A DNA stretch of 64,000 nt, from assembly GCA_026003195.1 (NCBI GenBank), contig BPGU01000005.1, positions 129,851-193,850 on the forward strand, read 5' to 3'. Below are positions 49,778-57,969 of the stretch, piece after piece (within the stretch, counting starts at the first letter, position 1; each line of letters starts with the position of its first letter). The stretch is from Armatimonadota bacterium (GTDB lineage Bacteria; Armatimonadota; HRBIN16). The position numbers and the translations under genes were made by a program. The notes under the pieces were generated by a model. It made no database searches, was not told the origin of the DNA, and saw nothing but the letters and a program-made list of their open reading frames with translations.

Positions 49778-51425
49778 GTTCATCCAGAACCTGCTCAAAC
49801 GCGCCGACCGGTTCCAGAGCCCTGCACAGGAGGTAATAGCCGACAGTCCCGCTCAGGAGATTCTTGAGCAGGATGTTCTTGCTACTGAGCAGGAGGTTCT
49901 TGCCGATAGCCCGGCACAGCAGGCGCTGGGCACGAGCTATGTACGGAGCTTACTGGCCGGTAACGCATTCCCCATCTACACGCAGGAGCATCTCAGGGAC
50001 TTTGAACAGCGATTCCTGTCCGCATGGAGCGATATCCAGAGCCCGGTGCGCATTCAGGAAGCGCTGGACAGGCTTCCGATGGAGTTGCTGGCTGCCACCA
50101 ACACCATCTGGGAGCCGGACGCATCCATGAGCACCGCCTATCGGGAAGGCGAGTGGAAGGTGAAGCGACCGCCCATAGGATTAAGATTGTATCAGGAAGC
50201 TTCAACCGAAGTGGACCGGATACTGGGCTATGAGAATAAGGTCAATCTGTACAGCTCGTTCCTGTCCGGTCCCTCTATGCGCGGACTGGACCCGCTTCAA
50301 CCGGACAGGACGGTTGAACCGTCAGGGCTGTTGAAGGAGACGATGCCCGCTACCAGACTGGTGTATCTGGATATGATGAACTCACCGTTTATAAGGGAGT
50401 ATATGGATGAGTACGAACGGGTCAGTCCGGAGCTCAAGCGGGTGATACAGGGCGTGCAGGACGTGGAGGTGGTGAACCGGGTGACGCCGTTCACATACCT
50501 GCACGAGTACACGCACGGCGTGATGTTCCCGCTATCCACGATAACCTACAGCAACCTGCAACGCCACCTGAGCGGCGAGTTAGGGATGACGGATATCGTC
50601 ACCAGATCGTATATGAACTACGCCATGATTCAGGAGGCGGTCGCCGATGCCATCGGAGCCGCACTGTCCGGCGACCTGGAAGGCGCATTGACCATGCGAT
50701 ATAGCGCCGAGATGGCAGTGCACGCCGGTGACGATGTGAAGCCCAGATACGGCGACCCTATCCGTCTGGAGGTAATAGACCCGGCACTGATAGAGGATAC
50801 CGAGAACAGTCCGCTCTGGCAGATGGTAAGGCAAGCCGCAAGCGATATCGAGCAGAGACGACCGAACAAGTTTATCGATGAACCGAACGTCATGAGGTAT
50901 TCCCTGGAACGCCGAGACCTGAGGGCTTTCACAACCGCCATGCAGAGTCTGGAACATATCACCAGCATGGTATACGATAAACTGATAAGCGCCGCGGAAT
51001 CCGGTAGTCTGGATAGACAACTCCGTGAGACCATCATGGGACAGGCTTCCAGAATCTGGATCTATCCCTACTTCATCGGTAAAGCCAGACCGGACCTCAT
51101 CGGTAAGGAGATAAACATCCTGCCCGAATCGATTGAGGTGGCAGAGACCGGTGAGAAGCTGAACCTTGCGGAGATACTGCCGGATATCGCACCGTTAGGA
51201 TTAATAGACGAATCCGTTGTGCATCCGGAACACCTGCGTCGTTCCTTCAAGCTGATCGAGTTATACGACCGTGCCAGGGAAAGACTGAGGGCGGAACACG
51301 CCATGCAGCAGGCTTCGGAAGCGGAGGTAGTGCACCACAGGAACTACGAGACCGCACCGCCTCCGGATACAGGAGAAGCGGTGATAGAGCGCTGGCGGGA
51401 ATGGATCAGGAGCATAGCACCTTGA
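49770..51425 (+). CDS. HExxH zinc-metallopeptidase-like protein, tandem paralogue 3 (551 aa)
   Basis: HEYTH. PRYGDP. IGKARPDLIGKEINILPES. Confidence 0.65.
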   Translation: MSKFIQNLLKRADRFQSPAQEVIADSPAQEILEQDVLATEQEVLADSPAQQALGTSYVRSLLAGNAFPIYTQEHLRDFEQRFLSAWSDIQSPVRIQEALDRLPMELLAATNTIWEPDASMSTAYREGEWKVKRPPIGLRLYQEASTEVDRILGYENKVNLYSSFLSGPSMRGLDPLQPDRTVEPSGLLKETMPATRLVYLDMMNSPFIREYMDEYERVSPELKRVIQGVQDVEVVNRVTPFTYLHEYTHGVMFPLSTITYSNLQRHLSGELGMTDIVTRSYMNYAMIQEAVADAIGAALSGDLEGALTMRYSAEMAVHAGDDVKPRYGDPIRLEVIDPALIEDTENSPLWQMVRQAASDIEQRRPNKFIDEPNVMRYSLERRDLRAFTTAMQSLEHITSMVYDKLISAAESGSLDRQLRETIMGQASRIWIYPYFIGKARPDLIGKEINILPESIEVAETGEKLNLAEILPDIAPLGLIDESVVHPEHLRRSFKLIELYDRARERLRAEHAMQQASEAEVVHHRNYETAPPPDTGEAVIERWREWIRSIAP

Positions 51426-51741
51426 TAAGGTCTACACGTTCGGAATAGTCCTCCGGATCCGTCTGTCGGTACAACTTCATCAGCTTCTCCGCCAGCTCCG
51501 GTAACCTGCCGATACTGGGCATCAATGGATGCTTCAATCCTTCGGCGATCTCGCCACCGGCAAGCCGCCAGGCGAGTATCTCCTCAGGTGTGCCTTCCAC
51601 AAGCACCAGATGCGGCATGGCGCCCACATCCAGCACGAAGTTGCCCATGTCCATGTTGCCAATTTGTAAATGCAGGGCGATCGCCTTCTCCGCCAACTGC
51701 GCCGTGGCGTAACTGCCGTCCTTCTTGTCCAGAAGCTTCAT
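51406..51741 (-). CDS. hypothetical protein (111 aa), downstream of the mini-array
   Basis: ATG at 51741. The longer ORF-track form would run into the CRISPR repeats. Confidence 0.4.
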   Translation of the reverse strand: MKLLDKKDGSYATAQLAEKAIALHLQIGNMDMGNFVLDVGAMPHLVLVEGTPEEILAWRLAGGEIAEGLKHPLMPSIGRLPELAEKLMKLYRQTDPEDYSERVDLIKVLCS

Positions 51742-51778
51742 GATATGTCCCTCCGTTGCGCCAGTTTCTATCCTGCTC

Positions 51779-52020
51779 ATTTCTATCCTACTCAGGTATG
51801 TACCGAACTCAGCACGATGCCAGAGTGTATGCATACGGTATCATCAGTTTCTATCCTACTCAGGTATGTACCGAACAGCCTATGGAGGCTGCACAGCTCG
51901 CCAGACAGTTCGCATACAGATCGTTTGCGAACCGTGCGCTCTGCGCCGTGTTGATCGCTATCGCCATATACAATATCACTCCAGTGCACAGTTTCTATCC
52001 CACTTAGGTATGTGCCCAAC
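51779..52020 (-). CRISPR. mini-array: 3 variant repeats (51779-51808, 51847-51876, 51991-52020) with a 38-nt and a 114-nt spacer
   Basis: Repeats atttctatcctactcaggtatgtaccgaac, gtttctatcctactcaggtatgtaccgaac and gtttctatcccacttaggtatgtgcccaac. The last one overlaps the final 5 codons of the RNA ligase gene. Confidence 0.6.
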
Positions 52021-53080
52021 CTGAGTTCTCCATCTCACGTACCACGATCTTCCTTATGGACCGGTTGAACTTATCGCCGGTATAGGAGACCGTCCAGCGC
52101 CATGGCGGTGGGATGTCCAGCACACGGGCTCTGCCCAGCCCGGCATAACGCTGAGCCTGTTCCGTTACCTGCCGTTCCAGACTCTCTATCCGTGCAATCA
52201 GCTCTTGCACATGAGGCAGATACACCAGGAACTCCTCCACCTCGGCGACGGTCGCCCTTAACGCTTCCAGTCCGCCCTCCAGATACGTCCTCAGCATCCG
52301 GTTCGTGGTCATACCACGAACGCTTGCCAGTCGCTTCAGATACTCCGGCGACTTCAACTTGACGAGCAGGTTACCGTAACCGTGAGTATACTGCACCACA
52401 ACGCCTTCCCAGTCCGCATGTTCCGCCATCTCCACGAGCTGCACAGCCTCGTCAATGCTATACACGGGATACTGCTGTGGTAGTCTGAGTGGAGGCTCTA
52501 AGTGACTGTAGAACTCTACCGCCGGTATCAACTCCAGCGTGCTGAGGTCTCTGAGATAGAGTATTACCAGCGCAGGCTGCGCCGGTGGAGTGCACATGCC
52601 GGGTTGCCACACCTCGTTGTGTAACAACTCGGCAACCATCGTGTAGCCTTCAGGAAGCTGTATGCATCCACCGGCGAGCTGGCTGGCGATGACGGCAGCT
52701 CTTGTCCAGATGCCGTGTCGTGAAGCGAACACGAGTTCACCTTCATGATGGAATACCTGTATCATCACACCGTCCGCCTTCTCACAGACGCAACGCACGG
52801 TCTTGTCCGCAAGATGAGCCGGCGACGTCTCATCATGCTCGTTCAAGTTGAAGAACTTGACAAGCGGTAGCGACACCAGATTGTTCTCCGAATCGATGAC
52901 CAGCCCACGACAGACTCTGAGCCATGGCGTCCACATACCACGATAGCTGGCTTTATCGGTATAGTTCAGCAAGGTGAGGTTGCCATGTGTACGCACATTC
53001 AGTATCGTGGGATCATAATCGCCAGACCGGACGATGTGGATGGCCTCATCTATCGCCCTGCGGATCTCCCGTACGGTCAT
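52004..53080 (-). CDS. RNA ligase, T4 Rnl1 family
   Basis: VCRGLVID...LVKFFNLNEHDE... mirrors T4 Rnl1 ECRGIMFE...MEKFFNLNENP. Motif I KADG with no Arg at +5. EGVVVQ (motif IV) and LVKLK (motif V). ATG 53080 with AGGAGG upstream. Confidence 0.7.
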   Translation of the reverse strand: MTVREIRRAIDEAIHIVRSGDYDPTILNVRTHGNLTLLNYTDKASYRGMWTPWLRVCRGLVIDSENNLVSLPLVKFFNLNEHDETSPAHLADKTVRCVCEKADGVMIQVFHHEGELVFASRHGIWTRAAVIASQLAGGCIQLPEGYTMVAELLHNEVWQPGMCTPPAQPALVILYLRDLSTLELIPAVEFYSHLEPPLRLPQQYPVYSIDEAVQLVEMAEHADWEGVVVQYTHGYGNLLVKLKSPEYLKRLASVRGMTTNRMLRTYLEGGLEALRATVAEVEEFLVYLPHVQELIARIESLERQVTEQAQRYAGLGRARVLDIPPPWRWTVSYTGDKFNRSIRKIVVREMENSGWAHT

Positions 53081-53091
53081 GAACGTGCCTC

Positions 53092-53544
53092 CTAACCGTT
53101 TGGTGGGGCTCTGTGCTCGTTCAACCAGATGCATGCTCTGGTTACACCATCGCCGAACAGATCTTCAGAGTAGATAACCTTATCGGAGTGATACCATAGC
53201 CACGGATGGTACAGGTTCTGGTATCCTGTCACCAGCACGGTGGTCTTGCCCCACAGGCGGGCATAGAGCAACTCCATGCTGGTGCCGATACTTGCCCGTG
53301 CCATGATGGCGATGATGGCATCCGACTGTTTGAGAAGGCTGAGGTCCGACTGCACCAGCTGCTTGCAGGCTTCCCTGAAGTTCATCTGTTCGAGCAGTCT
53401 TGGCCAGATCTCCGGGTTCATGAAGTCCATCGGCGAGATGGGTTCCAGCCCATGAGACCGAACAAGCTCCGCTACCTGCTTGAACATCTGCTGGGGATCA
53501 TAGTCTCTGTGGTTGGAGATGGGCATTCCGATATAGACACGCAT
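53092..53544 (-). CDS. nucleoside 2-deoxyribosyltransferase-like protein
   Basis: MRVYIGMPI N-terminus and SIGTSMELLYARLWGKTTVLV resemble the NDT/DNPH1 family (catalytic Glu in the G-T-S-x-E-L context). Confidence 0.5.
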   Translation of the reverse strand: MRVYIGMPISNHRDYDPQQMFKQVAELVRSHGLEPISPMDFMNPEIWPRLLEQMNFREACKQLVQSDLSLLKQSDAIIAIMARASIGTSMELLYARLWGKTTVLVTGYQNLYHPWLWYHSDKVIYSEDLFGDGVTRACIWLNEHRAPPNG

Positions 53545-54108
53545 TCAGGCCACCTCCGGATTCAGCTCGCCGTGTATGAGGTTCTTGAACCACTCATCGT
53601 CGATCTTGTGGAGATGCCTGCTGTTGTCTTTGAGAAACGCCCAGGCGCCTCCTTCGCGGAATACGTAGAGCTCATACCCGCCGACAGGTATCTTGAAGAA
53701 GTAGTCTACGCTCCTGTCCAGCGTGTTGGGGACCAGCTCGTATTCCAGACTCTCCAGAACCTGGATGATTCGTTGCAGTTGCTGTTCCGTAATGGTGAGC
53801 GTGCCGTATCGGTATATACGCCCGGAGATTTGCCGGATGATATCCTGCACGGCATCGATGGGAACAGAATACCATTTCCCACGATAGCAGAAGGAGTAGC
53901 GTTCTACTGCGACGACAGAGACCTCCTTATCCTTGATGATTTGCAGATATTTGCACCAGTCCAGTTCCTCCACCGTCTGCTCGATCTGGTAGTCTCTGAC
54001 GACGAGACCGCCGACTGTTTCCTTGTCCAACATGAACAGATCGTGTTTGTCCAGTAGTAGAGTCACAGTATCGCTGTCGGATTGGCACCGTATGGCGTAG
54101 AACTTCAT
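53545..54108 (-). CDS. hypothetical protein (187 aa)
   Basis: ORF with AGGAG SD. Confidence 0.55.
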   Translation of the reverse strand: MKFYAIRCQSDSDTVTLLLDKHDLFMLDKETVGGLVVRDYQIEQTVEELDWCKYLQIIKDKEVSVVAVERYSFCYRGKWYSVPIDAVQDIIRQISGRIYRYGTLTITEQQLQRIIQVLESLEYELVPNTLDRSVDYFFKIPVGGYELYVFREGGAWAFLKDNSRHLHKIDDEWFKNLIHGELNPEVA

Positions 54109-54149
54109 GGTTGGAACTCCTGATGAGATTGTTGTTCACTATAAACTCT

Positions 54150-54179
54150 GTTTCTATCCTACTAAGGTATGTACCTAAC
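54150..54179 (-). CRISPR. solitary CRISPR repeat unit (gtttctatcctactaaggtatgtacctaac)
   Basis: 28/30 identity to the array repeat. Sits in a 90-nt intergenic space. Confidence 0.75.
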
Positions 54180-54198
54180 CACTATAACTCTTGGCAGG

Positions 54199-55251
54199 TT
54201 ATATGGGGCAATTGTTGAGGTCTATATCGTATTCCAGCAGCATCACCTTATCGCCCATCATCAGGGACACCTGTGGCGTCAATCTGGGCAGCTGGTTCAT
54301 GAGAGAGGCGATATGCATGAGGTTACCACGTGCCAGCGGTCGCACGAAGCAGCTGTTCTTTATGGGATGCGGGAACAGCTCGCTGACGGCGCTTCTCATT
54401 GTCATGCCGGGCTCCACAATGATGTATCGCTGGTAGACACTAATCACGTCATGGGTTTGTACCAGCACGTTGTTGATACGTACCAGGACGACGTTGAAGC
54501 GGATATCGTATCCAGATTTCAGGGCGAACCGAAGGGCGGCGAGCCGCACCATGTAATGAAGGAGATCTCTGGCAAGATGCTCTATACTCCTGTAACCGTA
54601 TGTGTCGTTGATCTCGCTTCTGCAGTTCAGGAGTTGCTCCTGTCTCACGAGCATGATGCGGTAGTGTCCTGCCGCTTCAGACTGCACATAGTTCGTGGAT
54701 AACAGATTGGCAAGAACCAATACGTCCTGGAACAGCTTATCCAGCGGTAAAGACTGCACAAAGTCCAGGAACGAAGCGGTGTACCGGATATGCTGTTCGG
54801 AAGCCTGTTCGCATGCCCTTATCCACTCCTGCCGTAGATAGTCAAAGAATGCGGATGATTCGTTGCACATCTGGCTTATCATCCTGCCCTGTCGTTCCTG
54901 GAGGGAATCATCGTTCTCAAGATGCTTCATCATCTGCATCAGCCAGTTGCGGGACGCTATTCTGGCACCGGGCAGGTTGTGACTGTGTTCGTTGATAGTT
55001 AGTTCCACGTCTCCTATGCGTAGCAGGATGGTGCCTGGAGTATCACTGTCTGCTGGCTGATAACGTAGAGACACACCATGGGGCAGCGTCCATCCGTAGG
55101 ACTCTGCAGGATAGACTATCCGCACGGGCCAGACGTCGGGGGGTCGAATGAACGGCTCCATGAAGAGCTCTCTGGTCTTGTTACGAACGAAGCTGATGAA
55201 CTTGAGTGGGGTGTTGACCATGCCCGGTTCTCCTCCATACACTAAGATCAT
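54199..55251 (-). CDS. unknown protein (350 aa), paralogue of the ORF at 63036..>64000
   Basis: Shared block FFDYLRQEWIRACEQASEQHIRYTASFLDFVQSL vs FFRRFRREWKDACEQALWEDATRYTAPFIKFISSL. Confidence 0.6.
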   Translation of the reverse strand: MILVYGGEPGMVNTPLKFISFVRNKTRELFMEPFIRPPDVWPVRIVYPAESYGWTLPHGVSLRYQPADSDTPGTILLRIGDVELTINEHSHNLPGARIASRNWLMQMMKHLENDDSLQERQGRMISQMCNESSAFFDYLRQEWIRACEQASEQHIRYTASFLDFVQSLPLDKLFQDVLVLANLLSTNYVQSEAAGHYRIMLVRQEQLLNCRSEINDTYGYRSIEHLARDLLHYMVRLAALRFALKSGYDIRFNVVLVRINNVLVQTHDVISVYQRYIIVEPGMTMRSAVSELFPHPIKNSCFVRPLARGNLMHIASLMNQLPRLTPQVSLMMGDKVMLLEYDIDLNNCPI

Positions 55252-55265
55252 AGTCTGTTCTGTAA

Positions 55266-55295
55266 GTTTCTATCCTACTTAGGTATGTATCTAAC
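55266..55295 (-). CRISPR. solitary CRISPR repeat unit (gtttctatcctacttaggtatgtatctaac) between cas3 and the 350-aa gene
   Basis: Lies 4 nt after the cas3 stop and 14 nt before the next start codon. Confidence 0.75.
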
Positions 55296-55299
55296 GTCA

Positions 55300-57366
55300 C
55301 TATACAATCAACGCTGAATTGCCTTCCCCCTTCTCCGGCTTGACTAGTCCGTACTCCTCCGAGTAGTCTGCATCAATAGTATACGAACCGCTTCCTATGT
55401 ACGATATCCTGTTCCCATACCACTGCTTCCATTCGAATGGAACAGGAACCAGTAGCTCCCTAGCTTGCAAATACCTGCCCTCGTCTGTCAGCTGCATGAA
55501 CTCATCGAGATAGCAAGCAGGAACGACGTCTATCGTACCTGCTATCTTTTGCTCGATGTCTTCCATTGTAGTGGTTATGTATGCTTTCATGCTCCTCACG
55601 TGATTCGAGAACACATCAAGCTTGCGTAGATATCTACGGTCCTGTAGCATGTTCTGATAGACATGGTTGACCCAATCCCGCTGGACGTGCCAGCTGATAG
55701 CCTGTTCCGATATTGCATTCAGCGTGTTCTTGAGGTACTCTTCATCGTAGACGTACTCCAGCTTGCCAGCATCATACGTCGTCGCTACATGCACATCGAC
55801 TATGCCGTGCTCACCGCGACGGTTGACTCTACCGAACCGCTGAAGCAGATCGTCAACAGGAGCTACTTCGGTATAGCATGTGTCATAGCTGATGTCCAGT
55901 GATACCTCCACAACTTGAGTGGCGATGAGTAGCTGAGGTTTGTGGTGCAGGATGTCGTTCTCTATCCGTGACCTATCCCTAATCATGAAGCGGGAGTGCA
56001 ATAGCCGTCTGGATGGGATATCGGAGAACGTCTGGTACATGGACACAGCTTGATCTACTCTGTTACAGACCACCAGCACGGACTTGCCCAGTTCCAGATC
56101 TCGGCGGATGAGAGGAATACAATCCTCCAGCGTCTGGTCCAAACGCTTCAGGTAGTGCCTGTCCGGCAACGCCACATCGGCAACAATGTGCTTCACGTTA
56201 TGTAGACGGCGTTTCAACTCGTCTACCAGTGGTTCAGGCAACGTGGCTGACATCACCATTACCTTGCCACCAAGCTGCTGAATCACATCAATCAATACCG
56301 TAATCATTGCCAGCGTACTGCTGTCGTATGCATGTATCTCATCGAACACGAAGCAGGCATCCTTCATCTGTACGATGCCTACTTCGAACCGCTTGATGCC
56401 GATCAGGTAATTCAATAGCTGATACGGTGTGGTTATCTTGACCGGCTTGTGCACCAGCCTGTTCAGGTTCGCATCCTGCTTAGCTTGCTGTGATGCCAAA
56501 TCCTCGTTACCTTCATCCATATACCTCCGGAATGCATATAGCATGTCACGCCCATGCACAACACCGACTTCATCCCCCTGGAACACACCTCGTTGAACAA
56601 ACCGCTCCTGCATTGCTTCAATAGACGATTGGTAAGGTAACACATAGAACAGCCGTCGGTTGCCGTTCCGGTTACGGTCATACCAGAGAAGGGCTGCCTC
56701 GGTCTTACCACTGCCGGTTGGTGCCTCCAGAATGAGGTTTCCTTCTGTCTCAGCTGCTTGTTGCTGGAAGCCGCGCGGTGAGATGTTGAGGTTGACCTTC
56801 TTGACCTGAACGGGCTGTTTCAGCCCGGCACTGGCGGCATGGTCTGCTGCGATCAGATAACCACGTAGCAGAACGTGATCCGTGTAGATACCTTCGTCTA
56901 TACCGTAGCGGAGGTACTTAGTATGCTCCACTAGCTTACGCACAATATCCTCTGGAACCGGTACAGGAAGCTCCCCGGCCTTATCAAGCACTATCCCTAT
57001 ATTGCGGAGGTGTGCAGAGATACTTCCCTCTGGCTCGCGGTTGTGTGGATGTTCTATATCTCGATGATGCGTAAGGATGGCTCCGAATACTGCAGGATCA
57101 AACTCCTCCTGCATGAGGTATATCAACGCTGATAGTACTTCGTGTCGGTAGTGCCACTTGAAACCACTATCCTCAAGCTGCCTTTGGAATCCGCTTGCTT
57201 GCTTACCGAGATCATGATAGACCGCCGCCAGATGAGCTCTCTCATCATCCGTTAAGTGCTTGATGTAGTTCAATACATCCAGCGTATGCTGCTTGAGTGT
57301 TGTGCCATCGGACTTAGCGAGGTAGCAATCAAGAGAATCGAACAGGGAAGAGTACCTTGCCTTCAT
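55300..57366 (-). CDS. cas3: Cas3 (HD nuclease fused to SF2 helicase)
   Basis: HD motifs HTLDV...AAVYHDLGK...FQ...IAADHAAS. Helicase motif I APTGSGKTEAAL, motif II DEIH, motif III SATLP. Confidence 0.85.
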   Translation of the reverse strand: MKARYSSLFDSLDCYLAKSDGTTLKQHTLDVLNYIKHLTDDERAHLAAVYHDLGKQASGFQRQLEDSGFKWHYRHEVLSALIYLMQEEFDPAVFGAILTHHRDIEHPHNREPEGSISAHLRNIGIVLDKAGELPVPVPEDIVRKLVEHTKYLRYGIDEGIYTDHVLLRGYLIAADHAASAGLKQPVQVKKVNLNISPRGFQQQAAETEGNLILEAPTGSGKTEAALLWYDRNRNGNRRLFYVLPYQSSIEAMQERFVQRGVFQGDEVGVVHGRDMLYAFRRYMDEGNEDLASQQAKQDANLNRLVHKPVKITTPYQLLNYLIGIKRFEVGIVQMKDACFVFDEIHAYDSSTLAMITVLIDVIQQLGGKVMVMSATLPEPLVDELKRRLHNVKHIVADVALPDRHYLKRLDQTLEDCIPLIRRDLELGKSVLVVCNRVDQAVSMYQTFSDIPSRRLLHSRFMIRDRSRIENDILHHKPQLLIATQVVEVSLDISYDTCYTEVAPVDDLLQRFGRVNRRGEHGIVDVHVATTYDAGKLEYVYDEEYLKNTLNAISEQAISWHVQRDWVNHVYQNMLQDRRYLRKLDVFSNHVRSMKAYITTTMEDIEQKIAGTIDVVPACYLDEFMQLTDEGRYLQARELLVPVPFEWKQWYGNRISYIGSGSYTIDADYSEEYGLVKPEKGEGNSALIV

Positions 57367-57955
57367 GCACTAAACCTCTCGCTTGCTGAACAGGTTGTTG
57401 CTTGCAATCGATAACAGTGAAGCTGCGTATGCTTGTTGGGTGACGCGGCTCGGTTCTGGTGAAGTCTATCGGTAGTGCGTAGATGGCGCCGAATAGTTCC
57501 AGCCGCTTCGCTTCGTCGCTATCTACTAATACACCTGATACCTCACCTTCTCCGTCGATGAGTTCTACAGTCTCTACGAGTTCGACAGTAGCGAGATCCT
57601 GGCTTCTGCCAAGTGTGAGGATACCATGGGGATTCTTCAATGCATACTCAAACTCTGGATCGATGTACAGATGCAGTGTTGTATTGTATAGAAACTCCCT
57701 GCTAACGATGTCTGTGCCCTTCTCGATTGCTTTGGTCTTGTAGATCTTCTCCACATCAATTCCACGCTCAGCGTATTCGAAACGATAGGCAAGGAACGAT
57801 ATCTCATCTGTGTCAACCCAGCGCCCCGCTGCGTTTCTGAGTAAGCCGATGATGGTGGAAGGTGGTGGCACAGACAACGTGGGCTGAGGTTTCATGAAGT
57901 AGTGTACTCTGAAGCTTGCCGTTTCAGATCTGATAACAGCATGTACAACTTGCAT
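57329..57955 (-). CDS. cas5: Cas5
   Basis: Hallmark N-terminal PTLSVPPPSTIIGLLRNAAG. GGAGG SD. Start abuts the degenerate end of the array. Confidence 0.7.
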   Translation of the reverse strand: MQVVHAVIRSETASFRVHYFMKPQPTLSVPPPSTIIGLLRNAAGRWVDTDEISFLAYRFEYAERGIDVEKIYKTKAIEKGTDIVSREFLYNTTLHLYIDPEFEYALKNPHGILTLGRSQDLATVELVETVELIDGEGEVSGVLVDSDEAKRLELFGAIYALPIDFTRTEPRHPTSIRSFTVIDCKQQPVQQARGLVHEGKVLFPVRFS

Positions 57956-57969
57956 TGCTGTAGAACCTC

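Noticed and set aside
51406-51834. Longer 142-aa form of the ORF and a kinase-like (APH catalytic-loop) resemblance
   Set aside because: The N-terminal extension is encoded by the CRISPR repeats themselves. The HxxxGNxxxxNxxLD resemblance to kinases is too weak and the ORF too short. Only the 111-aa form is reported, at low confidence.
54199-55251. Possibility that the 350-aa protein is Cas1, Cas4 or Cas6
   Set aside because: It has no Cas1 metal-binding E/H/E pattern, no Cas4 Cys cluster or RecB motifs, and no Cas6 glycine-rich loop. It was kept as an unknown paralogue family.
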